Source of the DNA: Amphiscolops sp. MND2022
Taxonomy: Eukaryota
Direction: 5' to 3'
Length of the DNA stretch: 64,000 nt
Assembly (NCBI GenBank): GCA_964187785.1
Contig: OZ076421.1
Coordinates: forward strand, 33,294,001 to 33,358,000
Part shown: positions 1 to 13,000 of the stretch, piece after piece
Position numbering within the stretch: the first letter of the stretch is position 1
Layout: every line of letters begins with the position of its first letter
The notes under the pieces: model-generated
Databases searched by the model: none
Seen by the model: only the letters and a program-made list of their open reading frames with translations
What the model was told of the DNA's origin: nothing
Position numbers and translations under genes: made by a program

Positions 1-102
1 AAGAATAAAGGAAGACTAACAGTCCTGAACGATGCTGCCGAAGAGCTCCAATTTCACAGGGAAAAATTCATCCATAATGATTTGCCACTCCAGGTTTTGA
101 AG

Positions 103-186
103 CTGAAAAGGAAAATGAAGCCTAAAAGGTTATGTTACTCCACGAGTTAACAGATCATGGCTACTAGTGTATGGCAACAAAATTAC
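103..186 (-). other. Predicted 84-nt phase-0 intron
   Basis: AAG|gtaatt...ttccttttcag|CTT joins VRNK to LQNLEWQII. It matches the position of intron 37397-37489 in copy 2. Confidence 0.65.
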
Positions 187-871
187 CTTATTCCGGACTC
201 CTTGCATGGGATGTTTCATTGCAGTCTTCGTCAGATTGTCCACGATGTCCTTCCAGTTTGCAATCAGCTCTTAGCATAGAGCAGGAATTGTGGAGAGCTA
301 TAGTTCACATCTGGCCATCGCCTTTAACAACAAGACTCAAGGTCGGCTCGACTAAGGAATCGACAAGCCGCAAAAGAAAACTCACCTGAACGAGGGTAGG
401 CATGTTGCCAATCCATGGTAGTTCTTGACAACCATTGAGAAAGCCTAGCAAGAACTTGACTTGGGAAAAGATGTCAATCTTTCCAAAAACACTGCCCCCA
501 GTTTGGTGAATCAGATGTGGGAGCGACATTGAGCTGAATCGGAAGGGGTATTGTAAGCCTTGCTGATAAAGGGTACATCGATCTAAGGTTTGCACTATCT
601 CCACAGTACATCCAGACACACTGACTACTTTGGGTGTTAAAGAGAGAACTGAAAGGACCCGCGAAATTGAGTTGAAGATGCCACTTGAGGGTTCTGATGT
701 GAGCTTGTACCGACACATGTACACGCGTACCAACGAGGTAGACTTCCAGTATCGGACATAAACTAGCCCGTATATCCCTTTCTTCTCAAATTCGAAAGAG
801 TAGAATCCAGTTGCAGATATACAGCTCGAAATATCGGTCATGGCACAGGAGAATATGTGATAGAATATAGT

Positions 872-949
872 CTGAAAAGGAAAACATGGTATTCCCCAAG
901 TGAAAAGAAAAGTCCTTGGTGTCCTTGAAACTATAAGGAAAGAACCTAC
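872..949 (-). other. Predicted 78-nt phase-0 spliceosomal intron hidden inside ORF 305-1522
   Basis: The minus strand reads ACG|gtaggt...ttccttttcag|ACT. It removes the 26-aa stretch VGSF...FPFQ, which is absent from the paralogues, and they have an intron at the same position. Confidence 0.75.
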
Positions 950-3931
950 CGTTAATTTGGTTGCACCCCAATCGAAAGGGGAAAAGAGTTCCTGGTGGTT
1001 GGCAGTTACCCCCTTTTGGGTCCACAAAGTCTGCAGCAAGGAGACGTTACCACAGTAAGGGACGAATAAGCCGATGAGGGAAATTTGCATCGAAGCTCGA
1101 GTTTCCGTTGGGTTGGTAAATGCTCCAATCCCCGCCATGTGTTCATCGTAGAATGGATACTTGTCTCCAACGTCTACTAATGGTGCATCTATAAATAGGG
1201 GCTTTTCCTTTTCAAGCTCCAGTGGTGTCAGAATGTGTCCGTCTTTACCTCGGACTTCGTGGCTGGTTACCCCTGTGACCTCATTGACTTTTGTCAAGTA
1301 TTCGAACCTCCATCGCTGGTCTTTACGTAGATGGGTTTCGTATCGGAAGAGGCGTATGATTTCCCGGGCTCCCTTTGATTTTAGCGACACATTAGCTTTG
1401 GATAATTGACAGTAGAATTTATGCTTGTTATGGACTGGATCTAAGGGACCTGTGACGAAGGTTTTAGTCCACTTTATGCCATTAAAATACGCCTCCTTCA
1501 TTACCTTTCCGGGTTTCCCCACTACCTTCCTGCGTTTTCGTGGAGGGCTGGGATTGGCGGGACTACTGGTCTGTCCTTGGCATAGTTGAGCTAATGGCTG
1601 GTAGTCATCGACACATTATCCTGGATTGAGGACTGCAGGGATGCTCAACTCAACTAGCACGTTACCAGAGCTAGTTCCTTCTCCAGTCTTGGAAGTTTGT
1701 CCTTGTACTTGTCGAGTGAGATATTCGTCCTCAGAACTTAAGGCTCCACTAGTGTATCCTGTGGTGGAATATCCACTCATGAGAGTCTTGTCACCTGAAC
1801 CTTCTGAAGCGCTACGCCTTCGTGGTAGCTTGGACTTAGATAATCTCGCATTTGAAATACCAAATCTCATGGCTTCATTCATTAATGCTCTCATGGCATG
1901 GATGGACGATAAGACGGATTCATCCGCCAAGGCCCCCAGCATGTTTTGTACCAGGCTTTCAGTGAAAGCAATAACCAGGTGATCCATGGGCAATGCAATG
2001 GGAGTGGTTTCACTAAAACACTGCCTAAGGAGTGTCCGCCCTTTAGCCGACAATTGTCTAGGTTGAGAGACCGTGGGGAGCTCTGATTTAGTACACTCTA
2101 CGTCGCTGGTGTCTCTGAAGACACCTTGGCTGTTTTCAATAGACTCGAAGATGTCAGAGTAGACAGTAGCAGCTTGAATTTGTTTCTGGGTATCGGCTCC
2201 GGCGATGTCAAAAAGATCCCCGATTTCACTGATGTCAGTGGGGAAATAATCCACTCGCTGTGGTTGTCCGCTCGTCTCACTGACTGTGTCAAGTTGCGCC
2301 TGTAGGGTATCTGAAACTTCAGTGGAATCTTCCTGTTCAGAAGGAACAGCTTCAATTCGCTGTGATTCAGATGATTTAGTTGGTACTGTCTCACTTCTTC
2401 CTTCTCCTTCTCAGATGGAGTGGCGGGGCATGTGTCTGGGGTTTGCTCTCCTGTCGCAGAAATATTCACCAACGTCCTCTCGACGTAAGTAGTGAAACTT
2501 TCTTCCGTGGATGGACTGGTGGGATCTGTTCCTGCATGAGTACCAGTGACAGGAGTTTGCGTGTCAACAGCTGTAGCGTTGGCGTGGGGAACAACATAAC
2601 ATGTTCGGTAACTGTGCCATCTGGGTCCGTCTGTGCGTTGGATGAATTCTCAGTAATTCCGAGGTTTTGATCTGAAGACATGTCTAAAACACGACGAATA
2701 TTATCGGTGAACTTCCTGTAAGAACCAATTGCCGCGTTAAAAGTATTCCGGAAGCAGACTAATATGAACACTTGTGAAAACTTGTGTTATTTGGACAGGA
2801 AGTACTCAAACAAAATGAGAGCCCTAATCAAGCCTCAAATTAGTTTGAACCAGAAATTTGAAAATTAAAAGGTCTTGAGACGTACTGACCTGCTTGCAGT
2901 GGTTTGGACTGTTGGATTCAGAATTGACGTTTTGGGATGAAAACTGTATCCACAAATCTGACTGAACAGCTGATTGTTCGCACACTGGAAGGGAAATCCT
3001 GAAGGCTGGAGCCTGGATGTCGATAATCCCAAGAAACGGACGGGATCCGGGCAGATGCAGGGCTGTTCGAGGGCGTGTCCCAAAAAATGAAATGGATGTA
3101 AATTCATAAGAATACAAATAAGCTCGACTGAGAGACTGGATACAAACGTTGACTAAACAACTAGGTAATACTGGTGAGAGAGTATTTGATAAAAATTGAA
3201 TCGAATGGTGAATTAACAATTTGACAAAATGTCGAGATTGGAGTTCGTGGATATACAATTTGGTGTCAAATTTACAATTATTTACAAGTTACGCTATTAT
3301 GTAGATAAAGACTGCCAGCTATATCTGCAATATTTTGCAATATTCTCAAAACTTTGTTATTTTATGCAATTACTCCGTTATTTTATAATTATTTCATTAT
3401 TTTACCATTTTATTTCATTTTTATATTATTTTCAAGGTCATATTATTTTATTATTATAAGAATTTACGGCCTTGAATCGCCATTTTACGAATGAAATCAT
3501 ATTTACGAAATCTGATTGGCCACCACGGGGAGGACGAGACAGCGTGGCCTTCGGACGTATCTTCACCCACTTAAAACCTTCAAGTGGGACAAGAGTGTTA
3601 ATAAACACTCATCATGATGCTTAAGAAGTAAAAGTGGTGTTGAGGACCATGGGTGTCAACAATGCCGCCATCGGCAGTTTCAAAGTGATCAGAGTAACTA
3701 GTTGAAAGAATGTTACCCGGAAAGTTTTGTTATTGAAAAATAATTCAGAAACGAAAAAGAAAATCCGGGAAAACGCAAACCGAGAAACAACGAGACACAG
3801 CGGTCTCACAAAGGAGAGGATCGTCAATATTGCAATTTCAATTAATCAAATCAGTTGCTCCAGAAACGTTGACTTAATTTGAAATTTTTCGCTTCTCCAA
3901 GATTGCCAAAAAACTGTTAAAAGATAGATTT

Positions 3932-4753
3932 ATGTCTGATATCTCTGAGACATTTCCAATGAATTTCCAAGGCGCTGCTCAATCAGAAGGGGCCCCGGCA
4001 ATTATATGCACTTCTAGTGATGAGGAGGAAATGATGGACTCAGACTGTGGGTACTCTGTGGACGATTTGTACTTATCGTCGGAAGAAGAATCAACAGATG
4101 TAGAAATCATGGCTAGATGCATCGAGAGACAGCTAACTGAGCCAATTGCCATTCCCAACCCCGGGACATCAAGTGCGCAAGTTAGGTGTGGGACACCTAA
4201 ACCAAGCTTCCCAAATTTTCCTACATTCTCTCAGCAGTTTTTTAATCTGGGTTCAGGAAATGGACCGGTGGGACAAGATAGCCGAATCAAGGCCAATCAC
4301 CCCATCAACATTTGTAGGGATTTACGCACTATGATCGATACGCCAATGTTGCCTTCCCCAGAAGTCAGAGGGCCGTCCTGTATGCAAGAGACGCCAACTT
4401 GCTCATATTCAACGGACACTGCCTCAATCAAAACAGTTGCGAGCCACTTTGACGGCATGGCTTTATCCGAGTGCGCTGGCCTTGCAGGTTGTTCAGAGTG
4501 CGTAATTTGCGGGAAATCGGTCCAACAAATTCGAGCGGAAACAGTCAATGATTATATCGATAAGACTGTCGTGCCGGGTGAAACCCTTGCGGAGACTGAG
4601 AGGAGGAAAATGGCCTTTCTGGACGGGATGGCTGTAGGCACATATTTACTCATACCAGGGGGAGTGTCGCAGGCAGCCGCCTGCGATGGCAACTGGTACT
4701 CAGTAGCCTTTGGCTACGACAGAGTTTTGCCGGGAACGATCCCCCTCAACTAA
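3932..4753 (+). CDS. ORF-X (273 aa), retroelement accessory protein of unknown function: acidic N-terminus with a SIM-like motif, Cys cluster, C-terminus inside the LTR
   Basis: Uninterrupted ORF containing AIICTSSDEEE and CAGLAGCSECVICGK. Its last 28 codons lie inside the LTR and are conserved in the LTR at 59920. Confidence 0.7.
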   Translation: MSDISETFPMNFQGAAQSEGAPAIICTSSDEEEMMDSDCGYSVDDLYLSSEEESTDVEIMARCIERQLTEPIAIPNPGTSSAQVRCGTPKPSFPNFPTFSQQFFNLGSGNGPVGQDSRIKANHPINICRDLRTMIDTPMLPSPEVRGPSCMQETPTCSYSTDTASIKTVASHFDGMALSECAGLAGCSECVICGKSVQQIRAETVNDYIDKTVVPGETLAETERRKMAFLDGMAVGTYLLIPGGVSQAAACDGNWYSVAFGYDRVLPGTIPLN

Positions 4754-6198
4754 AGAAGATCAAAGATCGAGCGCGACAATCAGGCTCAGAAATTAAAGTA
4801 AAAAGAGAACGGAACTTTTACGACAAACTACTTTGTATTGTTATTTCAAACATGTAGCTATATCTATTTAGTTACTTTGTTATTTTAGTTACTTTTCAAT
4901 TTGTAAAATTGATCAAATACAATAATAATTGGACATCAAGGCGTACAGGTAGAGGAAACGAGTTCAAATGTTTCTTCCCCTGTCGCTGAGGACGGCCAGT
5001 CCGATTATTAAATTGACCAATCACAGCACAGTAGCTGGTTAATTCATTCATTCTAGTATGGCGCTGCTTTGTATAATCGCCGTACTCGGCCTTTGTTCGT
5101 CTGTTTATTTAATAGAGATTAAAGGACTGCTAGTCCAACTTGCCAAGCACCGCCTTTAATGCATCAATATATTGGTCCATTCATGTTGAATTGGACATTG
5201 AGGACGTAAGTCTTCGGCGCTAATATAGGTGCAATTATATTCAAGGAGTGTTGCTATTTTTTATTCCCCGGACTTACAGGGCTAAATACCATGCAATTTG
5301 TTAGTTGACACGAAAGTTTAAACATACATGTAAAACATGTAGCGTTGCATTGTTGTTATGTTGAGGACGTTGCGTCCACATGAACAATTCAAGCCGACAG
5401 GCTTTGATGTATATTTTTAGACCATGATGTTATAACTTGATGCTATTTATAGCTCATTGATTCTAAAAATAGTCCCATGATGCTCCAAATTGGAGCTGTC
5501 ACCCTAGCAAGGGTATATAAACAAGGTACTCGTGGTCCTTAAGACGCAATTTTGAGAATCTTCACCGAAAGCAGTATTTTATCATTTATACACTGTGAAC
5601 AAGTACTATCAACTATTTGTTGGTAAAGTTTATGGGGATAATTCAAATATTTGCCCAATAGAAACATTTATGCTTTCCACAAGAAGACAGAAAGCTAAAG
5701 CTAGGAAATCGAGAGAATTAGACATTTTGTCTGATATAGATAACGGAGACATAATGCTAGGGAATTCAGGAGAAAATCCCGTAGAGAGAGAGTTAGCAGA
5801 TGCGATTGAACAGTCCTCTGTCCAAGGAGACTACGAGGCAAATGAGTACCGAGGGAACAATTATAGTTTCACACAAGAAAAAGAACCGCTTAGACAAAAT
5901 GGATTTAGACAATCTATTGAGACTTTTACGAACGAAATCAATCTTAGATTGTCTCAAGAAATGGATTCCATGATGTCCATGGTCCATAACCAGATAAACA
6001 GAGCGATTAGCACTGCTATATGAGAATAGTCATTCCAGAGATTCAAAACATTGTTAGCTCAATGTCGTCTTCGGGAAATAGGGACACTGAGGCCAGTATG
6101 TCCCCAAGTAGTCAGGACAATAGGGAAAACAAAAATATTGAAAAAGGACTCACGGTCCGTTGGTGATTTAAGAGACGCCACCGGAAGTGGTCACTACA
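4665..6198 (+). mobile_element. 3' LTR of a Gypsy element whose pol lies left of the window
   Basis: Preceded by a polypurine tract AGGGGGAG (4657-4664). Starts TGTCGCAGGCAGCCGCCTGCGATGG, nearly identical to the LTR start at 59920. Contains CCAAT, TATATAAA (~5514) and the gag N-terminus. The right end (..CTACA at 6198) is inferred, and no PBS follows it. Confidence 0.7.
5670..6198 (+). pseudogene. gag: Gag N-terminal segment encoded within the LTR (disrupted)
   Basis: MLSTRRQKAKARKSRELDILSDIDNGDIMLG aligns with MPTTRKQKKARKSREAETLSDIENLDIMLG at 61068. A stop lies at 6021-6023. Confidence 0.75.
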
Positions 6199-6474
6199 GT
6201 ATGTTTCAAGATGTGGTAATAAACGCGTTGCGTCTGTCAGATACTGGTTTGTAGAAGTGTCGTGTTTCCCCAAAAATTACATATGCCGTTCAATGTGATT
6301 AACAGTAAAAAAATCAGAACATCAGGTGCTGGAAAGCTATGCTGAGGTTGAACATTAGTGAGTTGATCTAAGTATTCGCAATAATCAACACTTTTTTGAT
6401 AGAACAAACAGTTTTTTGATGGAAAAAATTTTTAGTTAGGGAAAGGTTGTTGCTTTAGAATAGGGACTCAAGTG

Positions 6475-7410
6475 AGAATAATTCCGCTGATTTCACTCGG
6501 CGGTTGTTTGAATTCTATCTCAAAATTTTTCCACAGATTTTACTCAGTGGTTGTTTGAATTTAACGTAGAATACTTCCGCTGATTTCACTCGGCGGTTGT
6601 TTAAATTCTAACTAAGAATATTTCCGCTGAATGCGCTCAGCAGTTGTTCAAATTCTATTTTAGAATATTCCCAATGATTTTACTAAGTGATTGTTTAATT
6701 TCTATCTTTGAATAAGTCCACTAATTTTACTCAGTAGTTGTTTAATTTTTACCTTAGAATAATTTCGCTGATTTTACGCGGTAGTTGCTAAAATTCTATC
6801 ATAGAATAACTCCACTGATTTTAGTCAGTGGTTGTTGAAAGTTTTACTTGGATAATCTCCAACTAATGCAGAAGGGAAAACTGACTAACGTCACATAAGG
6901 TTACCTAAAAAATTTGGACTAACTTATCTTGTAATTTTGTGCTTTATTTAAAATGTCTTAAGTCTATTCGGGAATCAAGTGAAAGAGAGAGACATTAAAG
7001 AAACAAAACGTGTCAGTTTAAACTCGTACTAATTATATATATTTTTCATTCTGAGCTAAACTGAAACGTTTTCAAAATGAAAATATAGAGCTTCCAGTTC
7101 TCTCTGTAAAATTTATAAACTTTTTCTGATGAGACTGATAAAGCTACTTTGCTGAAGAAATAAAATAGATTGTAAAATCGCAACTGATTTAAGTAAAGAA
7201 TGGAATAGGTACTGCTATGCCTAGAAGAAGATTTAGACCTAACATCAGCCTTTCCTTCAACAATTCAACATAATTGCTCCCTCTGACTTTTTCCGTAAAC
7301 AGACAGCTCATTTACGTACACTGCCGAGACTTTACTCACGCAAATTCCGTTTTTCGCACGTACACGCAAGGCAGTTCCTTTTCAGTAGAACATGTAGCTT
7401 TTGAGACTTT
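6475..7410 (+). repeat. Dispersed ~930-bp non-coding repeat, copy A, starting with about 8 degenerate ~47-bp tandem units
   Basis: Unit AGAATAATTCCGCTGATTTCACTCGGCGGTTGTTTGAATTCTATCTC. The whole block recurs at ~30805-31690 in the same orientation. Confidence 0.8.
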
Positions 7411-7559
7411 CTTACTCACTTCGAATCAATAATGGAATAGTCCCCTGAAATTTTTTCACAAAATGCTAAAGCAGATGAACTGACTAATAGTGACTGATAG
7501 TGATAGAACTGTCCCTTAAAAAGAGAAAACAGAAAAAAGTATCCATGCGTGTGACAAAC

Positions 7560-7576
7560 TGGTGCGACCAGTGAGG
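7560..7576 (+). promoter_or_regulatory. Candidate primer-binding site of the env-bearing Gypsy element
   Basis: GTGTGACA-AAC-TGGTGCGACCAGTGAGG about 1 kb upstream of gag. No matching second LTR was found. Confidence 0.3.
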
Positions 7577-8576
7577 CACCTTTTTCTCTTTTAACAGAAA
7601 AGCAAATAAGCAATCGGTTAACTACCTAATACACTTTTTTTATTTCTGACTTTCTTTTTCCTCCTACTGCCACAATATTTAGCTTCATTGGCTCAAAAAA
7701 TCATAAAACTACTAGTAATTACTCCAACAGAATCTTTCCAACTTAACAGCGTTCTCGATAGTTTATGCATCACTCAACATAGTCCCCTCAATTTACAAAA
7801 TAGTTGTTAGATATGATTGATTTTTACGAGAAACCCATTAGATTACATTCAGTCCTAAACAAGGATGCAACTAATTTTTAACTCTGTATTCAAACCATCA
7901 GTGGGGAAATTCAATCGAGTCCAGACGGACACATATTAAGCAAAAGCCCGTCTAGGTCTTCTCGGACACTGATTTAAGGCCGTAAGCCCAGTGGGTGTCC
8001 TAGAAACTATGTACCATACCGAGGTGGAATCCTAGATCTCTAGTCAAAGTACCCTAGTGTTTGCATGATAGTCATCGGGGCTCCGCGCACTTAATCTTGA
8101 GGACAAGAATGACTCCTTATGTTATTTGGTTGTATTTCTCTTCCAAAAGCCACGGTCATCCAGTGGATAAATTACTTTCTGGATTGACTGTTCACTCCAT
8201 AGTTTCCTTACCTTGAATTCGGAGGATTGGTATACCCCGAACTACCCTATTACCAAGTATCTCACAGTAGTATCTTACCAAGTAACAATAGTGGGATTTG
8301 TAAGTATCCCCTAACTTTGCGACTGAAATATTGAGCTCGCGGAACGTACTTCTCCTAAGTTGAGACGTCCGATGTTCAGTTTTTTATAACATACTACTGA
8401 GCATATGCTAAGTCAGACCTGCCTAATACTTATCATATTTAGAACTCTTGCAAGACCAACTTTTACCCTAGTCCTTTGTGGTTATTCACAGAGACCTGGA
8501 GTATCATACATCATTGAACCTTTAATTTATTAATTGTTGCTTTGTTTTCTATCTCTAATAAATTCAATAGCACACA

Positions 8577-10035
8577 TTGACTGCGGAAAAATACTTGGCT
8601 TATCCAGACCTCGGCAGAGACCAAATCACAGGAACAGACCCGGATCAAGGTCCTGAACAGTTTATACAATTAATCGAGGAGAAGTTCCGATTTTTTCATG
8701 GCGATACTCCAGCGAACGGAGTAGCACTTGACGTCTACAACTGCAGAAGAAAATCCTACTTTGCCACACTACCAAGAGGACCAGCAGCGGAGTGGTTCGG
8801 GACCAGTATAACAAACGCTAACACATGGCAAGAAATCAGAAAAAGGTAGGTTCGTCACAAGATTTGCAGATGGCAGAAACAAATTCTGACACGGAATGGT
8901 AGCTGAACACGTCACCAGACGAGATGGAGAAGAAATAAAAATTTTCTTACATAGAATCAAAACTGTCGTGGGGAAAGGCTGGCCAGAAGATCTTGCTGCC
9001 GTTGCACAGAACTACAGAAACGCCGAAAGAGCAGCACAAGACAACCAAAGATGACAAAGGTGCATCGACTACTCACTGAGAGTCTTAGGACCACCAAACC
9101 TAAGAGAAAAGGCCCACGAATATCTAATGGATCATCCGAACGCTACTTGGGAGCAATTCCTTCAAGCTGCAATAAACAAAGACCTGTCCTACACTGTAAC
9201 TAACGCCCTCACCGGTAGAAAATCACACGCAGACCCACTCATACAGGAAATGCGAGACGAAATGAAGCGAGTCAAACTACAATTTGAAGAACAGACAAAC
9301 ATCACGATAGACGCAATAGAAAAAACTGTAGACCCGAACGCTACCGGACGAAGAATGGCCACCCGGTTTTGTGGTTTTTGCAAAAGAAAAGGACACACGC
9401 CTAACTGGTGCAGAAAGAAGGTAGAAGACGAGGAAGACAATAAGGTTCAGAACGAAGTAAACCCAGAAGGAAGAACAACCTTCACCAACAATTACATGAA
9501 AAGAACTGGACCTGGACAAAGCTCAAGATTTCAGTCAAGACTACCTAACTCAGAGATTCAAACCCATAGGGCGGTGGCACACCAGCTGGCACTGGCTGGA
9601 GTTATGCAGTCATACCCTACGTGGAATCGATTTGATATGCCTCAACCCAGAAACTTTACCTCAGAACGCAGAGCGACGAAAACTAGATTCAGCTCTGGTA
9701 ATCAGAGACTTCCACCAGAGGGGAGAAGACCCTTTTCCAACAAATCTATTAATTCTGGAAGCGTTTACCCAGGACCCCAAAGAGCAAGATCTCTATTTAA
9801 CTTCAACAGAGACCAGTCTAACCCTTTCAATCGCAACATACAACTTCTTCTACTGAGAAATAACTCAGTCTTTCTAAGACCACAAAACAGAAATGAAAGA
9901 TCAAAATCCCCCACTCAGACTTACCATCAAAGGTTCCCTAAAACTAACGACATGGGACTTTCCAACAAAGTACAGTTTCTCAAAACTGATTACTCGGGGA
10001 ACTCTGTCGCAACTTTTCGCCCTTCAAACTACTAG
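8577..10035 (+). pseudogene. gag: Gypsy gag (frameshifted)
   Basis: Capsid-like LPRGPAAEWF..TWQE segment and zinc knuckle CGFCKRKGHTPNWC, followed by pol motifs. Confidence 0.8.
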
Positions 10036-13000
10036 GGACTCCAAAAACTTGTGACTGCAGCACTGTCTTCTGAAACTTAGTCTGAATCTTTAATATTTTG
10101 CTGCCGGAGACTTACGAAAGGATTGTGTATTAGAAATCGAATTTCTTCTAGACACTAGGGCAACTTCTCCAATCATCAACTACAGAACTTTTAGAGTACT
10201 TTGTCAATTTCAGCAAGGCCTCGAACTCAGCAGGAGCAATAAAACAACACAAAATTTTTATGGACAGATCATCCCAATGATGGGATACATCAATCTGAAT
10301 CTCCACTACGATTCCGATGGACAACATAACATTTCACGGACAGTCTGGATACCAGAAATGAAAACCCACAACCTTCTTCGAATGAATTTCTGCCTTTAAC
10401 AAGTTAACAAAACACACTTTGATCTTCCGGGGACAAAACTCAGAAGACCGAAAATTACCTTCTGCTACGGCAGTCTACAACTGAACAAAAGTTACCCTTG
10501 TGTATCACAAATACTCTCTGTCCAGATCCATTACTCAAAGTATATCGAACCAAAGACAACAAGATGATACAAATTTGCACCTGAAAACAGTAAGAGCTCC
10601 TTTCCTCCCGGATTTACGTTCCTACCCAACAGACAGACAGTTTTCACAGGATTTAATTTTATAGATGTCCTCTGCACAAGATTTGAAAAGACATTGCCAA
10701 TTGTCAAGGAAAACAACAAAAACTATACGATCCCCCTAGTAAAAGGTACAATTGGATACTCAATGCTCGATATCCTAGACAAAGAAATCCCAAAATATCA
10801 AAATAGAAATCCTACCGAGCTCGCATACACCATCTTCAACAAAAACGAGGAATAAAACGATTGTTCTCAACTACACTCTACGATCAATTCTCAAAATATG
10901 AACGATTGCCTCAGAATCGACGGAAGAAACTCAACTACTACCCTTAGCAGACCACACATAATCATCATCTTTGTCACTAAGGACTTAAAACCAGCGAAAG
11001 GCATTTCTGAAGAAGTTTTTACAAACGTATCCCAACGAAAGCACACTTACTAAAGGACACACAGAATGTAGAGACCATACCTTACTGGAACGGTTTATAT
11101 ATGAAACGAGACTCTGAAACTGTTTATATATGTCCTTGTTACAAATGCTAAATCCAAAGACAAAATCGACCCACAGACACAACACATTTCCGAACAATTT
11201 CATCTCAAACATAGAAAACTGGAGACACATTTCACAAGCGATGCAGGTCCTGTCAACCACCTTGCGACAAGCAGTTTAAAATCTTCAGGTCTAAAGAAAA
11301 CAACGAACGACTGCTAGGGTACTACCTACAATACCAGAACAAAGACGCAGTGCGATACATCAAAGAATTCGACTTTCTCTACTCTGACCTTACTGACGAA
11401 GAACTTGTTCTCTTGATAGACCTACTTATGGATGCGAGTGATGTATACTCTCAACACAATGTCGACGTTGGGAAAACTCGGCAGAGATTAAACACTAAAC
11501 TGGAAACAGGAGCAATTCCGAAAAAAACAGAGACCTAGCAAAGTAGAACCACAACTACGAGAAAAGCTCGAAAACTACTTACACAGCTCAAAGATGCAAA
11601 AATATTCAAGGAAACGGGCGATGATGACGAGATGGGATCACTATTCGTAAATCCCTTTAACTTACAACCGAAACACAACTATGTTAAGCTGATTACAGAC
11701 GCAAGATATTTGAATTCAATGACAGACCTGACAAACTACTCCTGGCCTTTGGAACCAATACAAACCATAATGACACTCAACAACGGGAATATCTTCTCAG
11801 TAAGTGATCTTTCTAGCGCCTTCCACCAAAACCCATTAGACGAGCCTACTCAGAAGCTCACCACCTTCATCGTAGGGGGGAAACAATATTCCTTTCCAGA
11901 GGATTCTATAGATTGAAAGGACTACCAACTTTTTTCAGCTGTATGATGACTATTCACTTCGAACCCATTATCAAGAAGAAACAAGCAATTACCTACATCG
12001 ATGACACGTTGATACAAGCCAAAAGGAAACAACAAATGTTCACGGTAATCCAAGAATACAATAGCTTACTACAAAAAACAGGACTAAAGGCCGCACCCGA
12101 AACAACTCTTTGTTTCTTAGGGAAAGTAAAATTTCTGGGACACGTGATAGCAGCAGAAGGATTACCACCTGTGGCAAAACGAGTCAGAGACCTACATAAC
12201 CTAAAATCGCCAAAACAAAAACCGAGGTTAAAAGCGTCCTTGGGGCTCTGGAATTTTACAGCTGCTACATCAAGAACCTCCATGTCGATAGCAGACCATT
12301 TTACGAACTCTCAAAGCAGGACACAAATTTTGGTTAGAGCCAAGAATACGAAACCCACTTCCAAGAAATGAAAAGGATAATGAGCGAAGACGCAGTCGAT
12401 GCGGTACCCTAAACAAAGTACTCATTCGACATTCACGTCGATTCGTCTAATGTAGGAACCGGATATATCCCAATACAGCAGTTTCCCGAAGGAAAGCGAA
12501 TCACTTCCTTCAATTCAACAGTTGTTGCAAAAGAAGAACAAAAGATGTCCACACTACACAGAGAACCATGTGGAATAGTTTCCGCCCTTCACGAACTCTA
12601 CATCATCGGATCTCCCTTCCCAATTTACTTATAGTGTGACCACAAGCCAGTCATATATCTCTGGGACAAAAAAGACAAATTTCACTGCGTGTTTTCAGGT
12701 ACCAAGTAATCATATCGACTTTCCCAAATCTGGAAATAATATGGACTCCTGGAAACAACTGAGCTTTTGCGGATATACTCAGCCGCAATGTCTCCATCGA
12801 AGAACACAAAAAGCATCAACTGAGTCACAAAGGCCTACCTAACGACATACACTTCTTCAATAAACATGGTACTACAGTACACTACAAAATAAAACACGAA
12901 GAAAACGAAAAGGCATCAAAAAACGACTTCTACCTTATCTTGTACGACAAAGGGCACGAACGGAAATTTCATCATCTGCACAATGATGGAAAGAACTTCA

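Larger units (their letters stand above)
1..2771 (-). pseudogene. Antisense accessory gene copy 1: low-complexity N-terminus, BED-type Zn finger and hAT-transposase-like body; frameshifted, with introns; 3' end runs off the window
   Basis: ORFs 2466-2771, 2098-2472, 1616-2254 and 305-1522 chain together through frameshifts. FYCQL(S)KANVSLKSKGAREIIR(L)FRYETH resembles a BED finger. ATGFYSFEFEKK..LVYVRYW resembles the first RNase-H strand region of hAT enzymes. Homologous by eye to 35266-38765 and 57130-59919. Confidence 0.65.

Noticed and set aside
305-1522. DIRS/Crypton tyrosine recombinase or a contiguous 405-aa protein
   Set aside because: No R-H-R-Y recombinase motifs were found. The ORF includes an in-frame intron and continues through frameshifts on both sides.
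2824-3258. 144-aa minus-strand ORF as a first exon of cargo copy 1
   Set aside because: It has no ATG start, no convincing splice donor and no counterpart in copies 2 or 3.
4853-6198. LTR start at TGTAG (4853) pairing with CTACA
   Set aside because: The start at 4665 has a PPT and matches the LTR start at 59920.
6475-6860. 47-bp and 59-bp arrays as CRISPR arrays
   Set aside because: The units are contiguous with no unique spacers, no cas genes are present, and the context is eukaryotic.
6475-7410. The duplicated block (with 30805-31690) as the LTR pair of the env-bearing element
   Set aside because: There are no TG...CA ends. Similarity stops ~150 bp before the candidate PBS and starts ~900 bp after the candidate PPT.
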